Positions 22,522 to 32,635 of a stretch of DNA of 64,000 nt are shown piece by piece (position 1 is the stretch's first letter; each line of letters begins with the position of its first letter). Below the pieces are notes generated by a model. That model searched no databases. It was given only the letters and a program-made list of their open reading frames with translations, and had not been told where the DNA came from. Source of the DNA: an uncultured delta proteobacterium (GTDB lineage Bacteria; Myxococcota_A; Polyangia; Fen-1088); the NCBI GenBank assembly GCA_963737265.1, contig CAVTRY010000011.1, forward strand, positions 832,001-896,000. The letters are read 5' to 3'. A program made the position numbers and the translations under genes.

Positions 22522-23750
22522 GGTCGCCGCTCCGGTCGCGAGTGGCGTAAGGCGAACGGTAAGAGCGTTTGCCCGAACTGCAGCATCACGAACACCCACA
22601 AACAGATGATGAGCAGGAGAATGGCGATGGGCCGGCTTTCCGAGGCGCCCGCGCGCAAGAACTCGGTGTGCACGAGCACGGGCGCGGTCACGGGCGAGCT
22701 GGCGAAGAGGACGATGCAGCCAAACTCGCTGACCGCGCGCGCCCATGCCAGCGTCGCACCGACGAGAATGCCCCGCGAGGCCAATGGCAACGAAATGCGA
22801 GCGAAAGTCGCCGCGGGCGAAGCGCCCAAGCTGCGCGAGGCCAGCTCGTACTGAAGCGGCACCGACTCGAATGCGGTCATGGCTGTCTTGACTAGAAACG
22901 GTGCCGCGACGAAAACCTGCGCAATCACGATGCCGACGAGCGAACCCGAGATGGGCAGCCCGAGGCTTTCAAGCACACCTCCGAGCACGCTTCCCGGACC
23001 CAAAAGAACAATCAGCGCGATACCGGCGACAGACTGCGGCACGAGGATGGGCACGTCCACCATGGATTCGACCCAGCGCTTGCCTGGGAAATCGACGCGA
23101 GCCAGTGCATAGGCAAGAGGCACCGCCCACAGCGCCAACACCACCGTCGCCACCGTCGAGGTGAGGAGGCTGAGCCAGATGGCGCTCGCCACATCCCCGC
23201 GCATGAAGGTGTGCCACAGCGTTTGCAGCGAGTCCTGCATGCCCAGGTGGATGAGGGGAAAAAGAACCACCGCGAGGGCCACCAGACCGCCGCACAGGCA
23301 GAGGCGCGCGAACAACGACGCCTTGCCGCGCGTCCGCCAATAGACCGCATAAATCAGGGACAGAGGAATGAAAGTCTCGAAGGCGAATGGCTGCAAGACG
23401 ACGAAGCAGACGACGAAGATAGCGAAGAATCCCAACAGGACAGGCGTGCCGAAGCAGCCCGCGAGGGCGACGACGAGCAGAATAAAAAGTGGCGCCTTGC
23501 CCAGCAAAACCAACACGAGGAGAAAGAGCGCCGTGTATCCAGCTACGAAGAGAGCGACGGTGCGCGCCGACCGCCGGCGCAGCACCGTCGCCGCTGCCGA
23601 AAAGACGAAGAGGTTGGTGAAGAAAAGCGCGAGGTTCATTCCCGGCGAAAACGGCGGGTTCGGGACCATGCCCATTCCGAGGTGGATCGCCGCCAGCACA
23701 AGCAACGCGCCCAAACTTTGTTTCCAGGTCTGCTTCACGGCGCGCCCCAC
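22518..23750 (-). CDS. wtpB: Tungstate/molybdate ABC permease (WtpB/ModB-like) with extra N-terminal TM domain
   Basis: PLAYALAR.DFPGK, DVPILVPQSVAGIAL, EAA-like YELASRSLGA, WARAVSEFG. Confidence 0.8.
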   Translation of the reverse strand: MGRAVKQTWKQSLGALLVLAAIHLGMGMVPNPPFSPGMNLALFFTNLFVFSAAATVLRRRSARTVALFVAGYTALFLLVLVLLGKAPLFILLVVALAGCFGTPVLLGFFAIFVVCFVVLQPFAFETFIPLSLIYAVYWRTRGKASLFARLCLCGGLVALAVVLFPLIHLGMQDSLQTLWHTFMRGDVASAIWLSLLTSTVATVVLALWAVPLAYALARVDFPGKRWVESMVDVPILVPQSVAGIALIVLLGPGSVLGGVLESLGLPISGSLVGIVIAQVFVAAPFLVKTAMTAFESVPLQYELASRSLGASPAATFARISLPLASRGILVGATLAWARAVSEFGCIVLFASSPVTAPVLVHTEFLRAGASESRPIAILLLIICLWVFVMLQFGQTLLPFALRHSRPERRP

Positions 23751-24709
23751 GATACGAGACCGGCAAGGTCCTTTGGAAGTCCTAGGCAGGGATTGCAGCG
23801 AACGGGGCTAGCCGGATGAAATCCCCGCCGTAGAAGCAAGCGACGGCCGAATTCGCCGAAAAAAAACGCCAGGAACTTCTCAGCCGCGACCGCGTGAGGG
23901 GCACTGATAGGAATCGTCATTCCGTAGCTGACCGGCGCGCCTTGTACGCGCGCGGACCCCTGTCCCCGCTTCATACGAACCTCGACGCTGGCGGCGGCGT
24001 AGCGCCCGGCGAGATCCGACCGTGACAAGTTGATTTCGGGCGAAAGACTCAGAATTTTCAGATGGTGGTCCTCGGCGGTGGAGCGAAAGAGAAAGGCGTA
24101 GTCGATGGCGCGCGATTCGAGCAAGCCCAGCAATTCGGCTTCGTCGTGCACGACGTGATCGGCCGAGCAATGGGCTTGGAGCTTGGCCGTCAAGCCCGTT
24201 CCCGCGCCGCCGTACGCGCCGGACAATTCGGCCAATTGCCACACCATGAGTGTCTGGTAGCCGATCGGGGCGGTGTCGGGATCCGCGCGGCCAAGACGTA
24301 CACCCTCGCGAGTCAGAACCTCAGGCCAGTTCTGAATTCCGACTTGGTCGGTCCACTTACTGTGATCCTTGTGCGCAATGACGACCTCGTTGGTGGCAAA
24401 GACTGCGTCCCAGGTCGCATGCGTCGGGATCATCATCCTGTCGATCAACGGCGCGTCAGCGACCGCCACGACATCGGCACGCATCCCCAATTCCGAAACC
24501 TTGCGCACCGCTACCTGCGAGCCCGAAGGCTCGAGCCGGAGGCGCAACCCCGGATTGTCCTTCTGAAAAGCCGCCGCCGCATCGCCCAGCACCGCCGACA
24601 AGCTGCTGGCGTGGAAGACGACGATTTCCGTCGTGTGAGACCTACAGCCACACAACCCGACCACGGCCACAGCGAGCAAAACGCACATCCTGGCCGAAAG
24701 GGACGCCAC
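23735..24709 (-). CDS. wtpA: WtpA-like oxyanion-binding lipoprotein
   Basis: Lipobox LCGC; FHASSL, EPSGSQVAVRK, DP..xPxGY, LESRAIDYAF, YGMTIP motifs; SD AGGAG before GTG 24709. Confidence 0.78.
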   Translation of the reverse strand: MASLSARMCVLLAVAVVGLCGCRSHTTEIVVFHASSLSAVLGDAAAAFQKDNPGLRLRLEPSGSQVAVRKVSELGMRADVVAVADAPLIDRMMIPTHATWDAVFATNEVVIAHKDHSKWTDQVGIQNWPEVLTREGVRLGRADPDTAPIGYQTLMVWQLAELSGAYGGAGTGLTAKLQAHCSADHVVHDEAELLGLLESRAIDYAFLFRSTAEDHHLKILSLSPEINLSRSDLAGRYAAASVEVRMKRGQGSARVQGAPVSYGMTIPISAPHAVAAEKFLAFFFGEFGRRLLLRRGFHPASPVRCNPCLGLPKDLAGLVSWGAP

Positions 24710-24728
24710 GCAGTCTCCTATCACGGAC

Positions 24729-27700
24729 CTACAGGTTCATGGTGAAATATAGGCGGGGAACAACGGCCGACACGGTCGAGCATGAACTGCTGGAAAGGCA
24801 GTAGAGGTAGTCGTAGGTCACCTCGGCATCGAGATACATCTTGTCGTGCATGCGCCAAATCACGCCGGCCGCCGGCAAGAACTCCCATGCTCGGTAGGCG
24901 CCGTTGCCGCTGCCGAACCACCGAAGGACGCCTGCTGTTTGGTAGATGTAGAGTGCCGAGACATCAGCCAGTGGGTAGAGACGAAGCTGAGCCTCGAAGC
25001 CAGCCGAGTATTTCGAAATGGTCGAACAAGGTCACGTCACTGGTGTTGCCCGAGCTCGCCGCGGTGGTGGTCGTGGTTGTCGTTGTCGTCGCGAGAGTCG
25101 AAGTGCTACTTCCGCCCTGCTGGTAATAGTCCGACGTGTGCTCGAGCGAGCCGCTGGCAGTCAGACGAGTCGTGACAATCGGAGTCCAACGCATGTACCA
25201 TTGCAGGCTGTCCTGATAGGTATCCTTGGTCCACCACGGGCCCGCGCTCGGAATCTGCGTCTGGTCGTTGGGGTTACGATCGCGTTCATAGTTGGCCAGC
25301 AAGATGATGGGCGAGGTGAAGATGGGTCGATACACGACACGATTCTGAATGATCGTGGTGAACCCGTTGTAGTGTGCATCCTCGTCGGTAGTCAAAAAGC
25401 GATAGCGCTGATAGAGCTGCAGTTCGAGTTTTTGTCCGGCCCAAACCTCGAGAAGAACGAAGTCGTAGGTGCGGTTGTAAGTCTTGGAAAGCGACGCGGG
25501 AACCTCCGAGGATGAATCGCTGGCCCCCACTGCGACGCTTGGGGAAATAGCCATCGGGCCAAGCTTGGGCGACCACTGGCCTGGATAGATGCCGAGCCCA
25601 GCGCCAAACGACCCGCTCAAGGTTCGCGTCGGCTCCTGAATTCCGGGGGCGGGCCCGGGCGGTACGACAGCCGAACCTGCGGGGCCCATGTTGGGCCACG
25701 GTGTCGTGCCGGAGGCCCCAGTCGCGCTCGCGCTGCCGGTCGACGACGAACCGGTGGTCGTCCCACCCGACGCCGCCGCCGGCGTGGCCGACACCAATCG
25801 AGTATCGTCGTAGATCACGTTGTAGCTCAGCGTGGGCACGAGCCCCGGAATGATCATGCTCCGCGCACCCGAGGTCAGTTCCCAGTGGTAGACACCACGA
25901 GCGAAGGGACCGCCCTGCTCGGACTGCCGTTCGAGATTGCGCGAGCGAAAGAGCGCATAGATGGTTTCGGTGGCGGTCGGCGAAAGCTTGCCCTCGAAGC
26001 GCATGAGCTGCACGCGGTCGTCGTAGGCATAGGCGCCATTTTTGTCGGTCTCTCCGTCGGAAATGCTGTAGAGCGCTCGAATGTTAAATTTCTTGATGTG
26101 GGTGAAAGACAGAGCGGGCGCCAGGTCGTAATCGCTCTGAATCGAACCTTGCAAGCGATGGGTCTGGAAAGCGTTCGGATTGTCGAGCTCGGTGCTGCTC
26201 AGCTGCAATGTGGTTCCTGGCAACCCCGCTTTTTGGAGTTGAATGCGTGCGATGGCGTGTTGAAGCACGCCCGTTTCCCCGCTTCCGTCGGTTAGCCAGG
26301 CACGCTGCCGGTCGAAGAGCGTCGTCAACGCCAACCAAGGCAACGGATAGCCGGTGACGTTGAATCGAGTTTCATCGCGAAACGTCCCCAGCCGGGCATC
26401 ATTCCACGTCCCGAGCGGCTTTCCAGTCGTAGGATCCGCGGTCGGGGTGGTGTGGCCAATCGGCGTCCAGCCCTCGGAGTTGAGCCGGGCGGACACCGAA
26501 CCTTCCAACATGGGGCTCGAGAGGCGCATCATTCCCATACCAGCCAAGCCATCCGGCCTCGCCCCGTTCGTATCGTGGGAGCCGCCCATCTCGGCGTAGC
26601 TGGTTAGAAGTCCGCCATTGCCAACCGCGGTCTGATAGCGTGCGTCGGCGACCCCGGAGGTGAGGTGCATTGCCGGCGTAATGACATTGCCCTGGGCATC
26701 CCGCAAATCGGAAACCTGCTGCAATTCCACCGCACGAGCGCCGACTTCCATGCCCTTCACCGGCGAAGCCGTGGCCCGTCCCGCGACCATCCATTCCTTG
26801 AACTGGTCACCCAGGCTCGGGGGAGCCGCGCTGCCTTGGTTGAGAATATTCGAGGTGAACGTTTCGACGTAAATCAATGCCGCATCGGATCGGTCAGTGA
26901 TGGAAACCTCGATGACATAGTCATTGGTGTACGCGAAGGTCGCATAGGCTGCGGGCAAACCCATGTCAACAACGGCGTCGGGATTGTTGTTAATGGTAAT
27001 ATACGAGACGGGCTTTTCGTAGGTCCAAAGGTTATTCGCGTTAGCGGGCGTGCCCATGTTGTGGATGGCAACCTGAACGCTCGTACCGCCCTGTTGGTAC
27101 GTCGCATACACGCTGCTGACCCAACCCCGGTCGATATATTTGGGGGCGCCTCCGTCGATTTGATTGTAGAGGGCAGTGTCATTACTCACCACCGTCGGCG
27201 ATCCCGCAAGCGAAAACGTCCCAATCTCGTTGCTAACTGGCAGCATGGTTAGGGGCGAAAGCGTTCCCAGGCTCTTCTTGGGCACGAGGTCGCGTTCGTA
27301 CTCAACCGTAATGACGCTCAAATCGTCGATACGTTCGGGGTTCAAGAACAGCAGCTGCCCGGCGGTGTAGACGATGGTGTAGTCGACGCCGTTGTTCAGC
27401 AATTCACCGTCGACATAGATGCGTTCGGTGCCCGGCAGAATATACTGCGAGGACAACTGGTAGCTGCTCTGCCGTGGCCCGGTGATGAAATCGCGAACGA
27501 TCTGCCCACGGCGGAACCCGGCGTCGACCGTCATGGCCGCCTTGGGCTCGGCCCCCGGCGTCGCCACCCCCACGTGCGCGCCCTGGAGCAGGAGCTGTCG
27601 GTCCAGGCCTTCTTCGACATAGCGATACTTCAGCGTGTCCTCGATGCGCACATCGCGCACGACATCGTTCTGGTTCCCGAGATAGGCAATCTTGTATTGC

Positions 27701-28986
27701 AAGTCGCGAATCCCGCTGGCGTCGAGTTGGCCGTAGTTCAAGTAGATCGAGCCATTGAGCGTCCGGCCCTCCGACATCTGCTGTCCAAAGCCAAAGCCAC
27801 CCGTGGCATTGGCGTAGCTGTCCGCGGAGTCCCGCGTCCCCGTCGGACGCAAACCCGGGCCCAACTTGACATTGTTGTAAGGCTGTTCGCTGTCCAGTTG
27901 ACCGTAGATGCGGAAGGTCGTCTTCGACGCGTTCGATACGGTCACAGCCAAATTGCGGTCAGCCCACATGTCGACCGAGATGTTGTACATAACGGCCGCG
28001 TCCGGAAACATGACGGTGACGAACCCGCCGTAGTTCAGAGTTCCAGTCGATCCCTCCTGTCGGTTGAGCCCCTGCGCGGGCGTAAAGCGACTGATGGCCG
28101 TGGTCAAGCGGTTGAATTCGAGGATCTCCTTGTCAGTGGTAATGAAGACGTAGGCGCTCGTTGGCTCGACGCCGACGATCATCTTGCTACCCAGCGCCGA
28201 CTGCTGCGGAAAACGCCTTATTGTGTCGCTGGCGTCTTCGAATAGGAAGAGGCCGTTGTCTGTGCCCAGCCACAGATCCGAACCATCTACCGTCACCACC
28301 CGAATCTGCTGGGCCCCCATACTGGCCAGGGAGAAGTTGTTGAACACGTGCTGTACGACCCGGAAGTGCGAAAGCCCTACGTCGGTTCGGCAAAACAAGT
28401 CAGTGCCCACCTGGATGAGCTCGGCCACGTCGCCCGACGCCAAGCCATCGGCTTCACCATATGTGCGGAATCCGTCGACGTCGGGGTTGTACACGGCAAT
28501 GCCGGCGCGGGTGGCGAACCAGACCTGGCGGCCGATGGTGATCGCATACGTGATAGTCTTATTGGGCAAGCCGTTGGACTCGTCGTACACCTTGATGGTT
28601 CGGTCCGTCTTACGATAGCGCACCAACCCTTTGTTGGTCCCGAACCAAACATACTGGTCGTCGAATGCTACCGTGTTGACCCTTTGGCTGGGCAGACCGT
28701 CGTCCATCGTCAGCCGAATTGAACGCTGGCTGCCGGTTTCGAAACGGACCACCCCGTCGTCGGTCGCGAGCCACAGGATGGTCTGATCGACGACCATCTT
28801 GTTGATGGTCGCGCCGAACGCCGTCACAGTCCAGCGGTCGAGAGTTTGGTAGATGAGCTTATCGTCCTGCGCGATCCAAACGCCGTTGACAGGATCGACC
28901 GCTATCTCGGGTGTACGGGCACGCGCCGACGTTGCACACAGCAACCCCGCCGCGGCCACGACAAAGGCCGCTCGTTTCATGCGCAC
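24729..28986 (-). CDS. Very large outer-membrane protein: N-terminal beta-propeller, SprA-like segment, internal DUF6599-like domain, beta-barrel; 1-nt frameshift near 25,000
   Basis: Signal peptide; propeller repeats (LWLAT..G, DGLPS); ERIYVDGELLNNGVDYTIVYTAGQLLF; the main ORF stops at 24964 but the +1 frame continues with amphipathic strands to ...RLYFTMNL* at 24729. Confidence 0.72.
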
Positions 28987-28990
28987 GGGC

Positions 28991-29899
28991 CTACGCGTTG
29001 ACCTTCTTGATCTTCATCCTGCCGACATCGGTCTCGCCGAGCCCGGCCTTGCCCGCGAACTCGATGTGCCGCGCGTCCGCTGGGGTCATGTTCTTGTTGT
29101 TGAACTTGGCCACGGTCAAGCCGTAGGCATCTACGCACACGATGTTGCGGCCAGCCACCAGGCGGCCGGGCGTCGCGGTGTCGCCGGGGCCCGCGGGACC
29201 GTTCGTGAGCAGCGCGCGGGTCGCGTCGAGAATGGTCAATTGGGGCTTGATGACCCGGCCCAGGTCGGCCACCGCCTGATGTAGTTCCATCGCGGTGTGA
29301 AAGGCCTGCCGGTCGTAGATGAGGCCCATGTGGTTCTTGAGCCCGAAGGAAACCCCGGCCTGGTAGTGCGCCTTGGCGGCCGGAACATTGATGAAGACGT
29401 CGGCGGAAAGAATCGCCTTGGCGACATCGACCGACTTCAAGACCACGCCGCCTTTCACGTCGACCTTCTGAAAGTCGCTCGCGTCCTTCAAGAGTTTCAC
29501 CTTGGCGGCGGGCAGCGCCGCCAGCGCGGCGGTGAGACCGCAGCGTTCCAGACATTTGTCGCCCTTGGCCTGCGGGAACTCGAGAATCAAGACCTCCTTG
29601 GCCTTCGCATCGAGACAAGCCTTGACGATTGCGGCCACCGTCTCGGGATGCGTCGTGGTGCCCCAGGCGGGCGGATTGGCAAACGCCGCATTCGGCTTAA
29701 TGACGACAAAATCACCCTTCTTTACGAATTTGGCGATGCCGCCCAAGGCCGCCAGCGCGGCAGCCACCATCTTGGCGGGGTCGCTCCCAGAAACGTCGAC
29801 TATGTCGTGATCCGCGCCAGCGAAGACTCGGCCGTATTTCAGGGCTGCTGCCGCTGCGATCGATCCACTTACGAAACTGCGTCGAGAGATGACTTTCAT
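28991..29899 (-). CDS. DUF362-family protein with Tat signal
   Basis: SRRSFV twin-arginine signal; VIKPN, TTHPE, INVPAAKAH...FGLKNHMG. Confidence 0.85.
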   Translation of the reverse strand: MKVISRRSFVSGSIAAAAALKYGRVFAGADHDIVDVSGSDPAKMVAAALAALGGIAKFVKKGDFVVIKPNAAFANPPAWGTTTHPETVAAIVKACLDAKAKEVLILEFPQAKGDKCLERCGLTAALAALPAAKVKLLKDASDFQKVDVKGGVVLKSVDVAKAILSADVFINVPAAKAHYQAGVSFGLKNHMGLIYDRQAFHTAMELHQAVADLGRVIKPQLTILDATRALLTNGPAGPGDTATPGRLVAGRNIVCVDAYGLTVAKFNNKNMTPADARHIEFAGKAGLGETDVGRMKIKKVNA

Positions 29900-30061
29900 G
29901 CTGGGGTTCCTTTTACATCCGTTTGTGACTGCACCGACTCCTGTCGTCGATAACCCACAGATTCCGCACCAACCGCCAGAGATTCTACCAGAAGACGGCG
30001 ATCTATTATGCTATTGTTCACCGTGAATTCTGAATTTCGACTTACGCCGGAGGCGAGGGTC

Positions 30062-31192
30062 ATGGCGACCAAACAAGGTAACACGCGACGAGAAATACTG
30101 ATAGGCGCAGCCAGCGCAGCCGCAGCGGCTTCGCTGAGTCACCTGGCTGGCTGCTTTCCCAGCGTCGGCGGCTCGTGGCCGGCCTGCGCTTCGCTCGAAG
30201 GAGCCTCCGGCGTTGATGGGGCACAGCCAAGCCCTGTTGCAGGAGCATCGACCGTAGTCACTGTCCAAAACCCGGACAGCCTGGACGCCACCTATAAAAG
30301 CTCCGGGCAGGCTCAGATCGATGCCATCCAGGGGATGGTCGACACCGCCCTTTCGACCTTGGCCGGGGGCGCTGACAATCCTTGGCCGATCCTTTTGCCC
30401 ACCTACGTCTCAGGCACGCGCATCGGGCTCAAGGTAAACTGTCTAAATTCATACCTTCCCACGTCCCCGGCAATCGTGCGCGCTATCATCCAAAGTCTGA
30501 TTACCCGTCTCGGTGTCTCACCCTCGAACATCACGGTCTGGGACCGCCGCCTCGACGAATTGACGAACGCTGGAAAGTATTCCGCTGACGATTTGCAGGG
30601 CGCGACTCTCGTCGGAACCGTTGCCTCTACTACCGATGCGAGTGGGCCTGGATATACCCTCCCAGCCTGCTCCCTGGTCGGGGGCGGCGCGCCACGCCTA
30701 TCGAGAATTGTCACTGACCAGACTGATTTGACCATCAATTGTCCGGTTCTTAAGTCCCACGGAGTCGCAGGCGTAACCGCCGGGCTCAAGAACATATTCG
30801 GAATCATCGACATCCCCGGCAGCTACCACGATAACCTAGCCACCGCGTTGCCAGTCCTTTACGCGCTGCCACAGATCCGCAACAGCATCAAGTTGACGAT
30901 CGTGGACGCGCTGCGAGCTGTGACGACCGGAGACACGTCGGACATGTGGGACTGTGCACCCGGACGCATATTCGCCTCCCTCGATACCCTTGCCCTCGAC
31001 CACTATGCCGTGGACTTGGTCAACCAACTGCGCGCCAATCGTAAAAAAGGCCCCATCACCGGCCCCGTCTTGGGCTGGCTTGACAATGCCTACCAACTTG
31101 GACTCGGGACGAAGGACTACAGTTTGATTGAATGCCCATCGACGTCAGGTGGGAACAGCGGATCCCAACTTGACGGCTCCCAGTCCGGTTGA
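30062..31192 (+). CDS. DUF362-family Tat lipoprotein
   Basis: TRREIL twin-arginine plus LAGC lipobox; LKVNC, INCPVLKSH.VAGVTAGLKNIFG. Confidence 0.8.
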   Translation: MATKQGNTRREILIGAASAAAAASLSHLAGCFPSVGGSWPACASLEGASGVDGAQPSPVAGASTVVTVQNPDSLDATYKSSGQAQIDAIQGMVDTALSTLAGGADNPWPILLPTYVSGTRIGLKVNCLNSYLPTSPAIVRAIIQSLITRLGVSPSNITVWDRRLDELTNAGKYSADDLQGATLVGTVASTTDASGPGYTLPACSLVGGGAPRLSRIVTDQTDLTINCPVLKSHGVAGVTAGLKNIFGIIDIPGSYHDNLATALPVLYALPQIRNSIKLTIVDALRAVTTGDTSDMWDCAPGRIFASLDTLALDHYAVDLVNQLRANRKKGPITGPVLGWLDNAYQLGLGTKDYSLIECPSTSGGNSGSQLDGSQSG

Positions 31193-31249
31193 CTCGCCGC
31201 GATCCGCGACGTCGCCAAGATGCGAGGCGGCGTCGCCCGAATCCTTGCG

Positions 31250-31915
31250 CTACATCTTCGCCGCGACCGCTTCGGCAAATCTCATGGCTTCGGCCTGACT
31301 GACCGGATCAGACGGAGTGAACGAGGCATCGTACGACGGGCTCAAGCGGACCTCGACGTAGTACGCGCCCTTGTCGAAATTGATCCACCAATCGGTGCCG
31401 CTGTCCGTGATGCGAGACTCGTTGCCCACGACTGGCGACGTGGCCGCCCAGGTGTTTGACGTGTAGAGAGTATCCGTGCTCGTCGCTGCAGTGAGTGATG
31501 CGTAGAGCGCCGAGGCCTGTGCCGCGGAGGACATCTGGATGATGTACAACTTCAGCATGTATTTGGTGGGTGGAACGAGCGTGGTGTTGACGTAGTTCTG
31601 CCAGGCAAGGACGACCGGCGAGAACTGCGCGTTAAAGAAGGCCTCGGAGCCGCCGTCGATAAGGCCACTCGCCGTCGTGGCCGACGTGGCCGTCGCAGCC
31701 ACCACCCCCACGGTCTTCGAATTGTCCGGATCCACGGTCCAGCCCGACACCGCGCTGGCTTGAGGCACCAGGTCCAACACGGACCCCGAACCGCCGCCCG
31801 CCCCGCCGCCGCCCGCCCCACCAGCGCCTCCGCTAGGCGTGCTGCTGCCACAGCCGACGAGAGCGCCACCTAAACCAAGCGCGGTCCATAGAACCAAAGA
31901 GCTGAGACGAATCAT
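31250..31915 (-). CDS. Lipoprotein with DUF6599-like domain
   Basis: Lipobox LVGC, Gly-rich linker, LIDGGSEAF...LYIIQMSSAAQA..LY...FDKGAYYVEV. Confidence 0.7.
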   Translation of the reverse strand: MIRLSSLVLWTALGLGGALVGCGSSTPSGGAGGAGGGGAGGGSGSVLDLVPQASAVSGWTVDPDNSKTVGVVAATATSATTASGLIDGGSEAFFNAQFSPVVLAWQNYVNTTLVPPTKYMLKLYIIQMSSAAQASALYASLTAATSTDTLYTSNTWAATSPVVGNESRITDSGTDWWINFDKGAYYVEVRLSPSYDASFTPSDPVSQAEAMRFAEAVAAKM

Positions 31916-32092
31916 CGCTTTCTCCTTCGCAAATGCCAACGAGCCAAAGGCCGAGAACATCCTTGGCCTCGTGGTCCGAATATCCACAGCGTCCGATTAT
32001 CCACACCTACTGGTGTCACCGCAATTCCGAAATTGCGCTGCGATCGCCCTTGATTCGCGGGCGGTCATTGACATACGCTTTGGCGCAAGCTC

Positions 32093-32635
32093 GTGCGTAT
32101 CCCTCTTCTCGTTGTTCTGTCACTGATTCCTCCGACCCTGATCGGCTCCCTGGTGTGGAATGGCAGACGGGTTCTGCCCGCCGAACACGCGACAGGCCAA
32201 GCACGGTCGACCGGTCAGGAGGCGGACGCGGCGTTGAAGTCTCTGTTCGAAACGCCGCTTACCGGCGCCAAGGTCAAGGAGAAGGTCGCGCTTTACGACG
32301 AAAAGGGCCTGTTCGATTACATCGACGGCGCCGCGCCGATTTTCATCGAACGCCACTTCCGCAAGCTGGCCGCGACGGAAATGGCGACGCCCGAAGGTAG
32401 CGACCTGGTGTGCGACGTCTACGATATGGGCAGCGGCGAGAACGCCCTATCCATCTTCACCGCTGAAAAATCGGCCAACGCCAAGGTTGTCGAAGGATGG
32501 CCCGAGGCCATCGCCGGCTCGATGTCTTTCGTGTTCCATAACGGCCGGTATTACACGAAAATGACGGCATTTGATGCCAAGGCCGAAGCTGCCCTGCCCT
32601 TGGTGGCGCGAGCGCTCAAGGAGAAGATGAAATGA
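32093..32635 (+). CDS. DUF6599-family protein with N-terminal TM/signal
   Basis: LFDYIDGAAPIF...DVYDMGSGENALSIF...FHNGRYYTKM. Confidence 0.78.
   Translation: MRIPLLVVLSLIPPTLIGSLVWNGRRVLPAEHATGQARSTGQEADAALKSLFETPLTGAKVKEKVALYDEKGLFDYIDGAAPIFIERHFRKLAATEMATPEGSDLVCDVYDMGSGENALSIFTAEKSANAKVVEGWPEAIAGSMSFVFHNGRYYTKMTAFDAKAEAALPLVARALKEKMK

Noticed and set aside
24721-24966. Selenocysteine or readthrough at the TGA of the giant gene, and the 66-aa ORF 24721-24921
   Set aside because: The in-frame continuation is Arg-rich and not protein-like; the +1 frame gives the credible barrel C-terminus.
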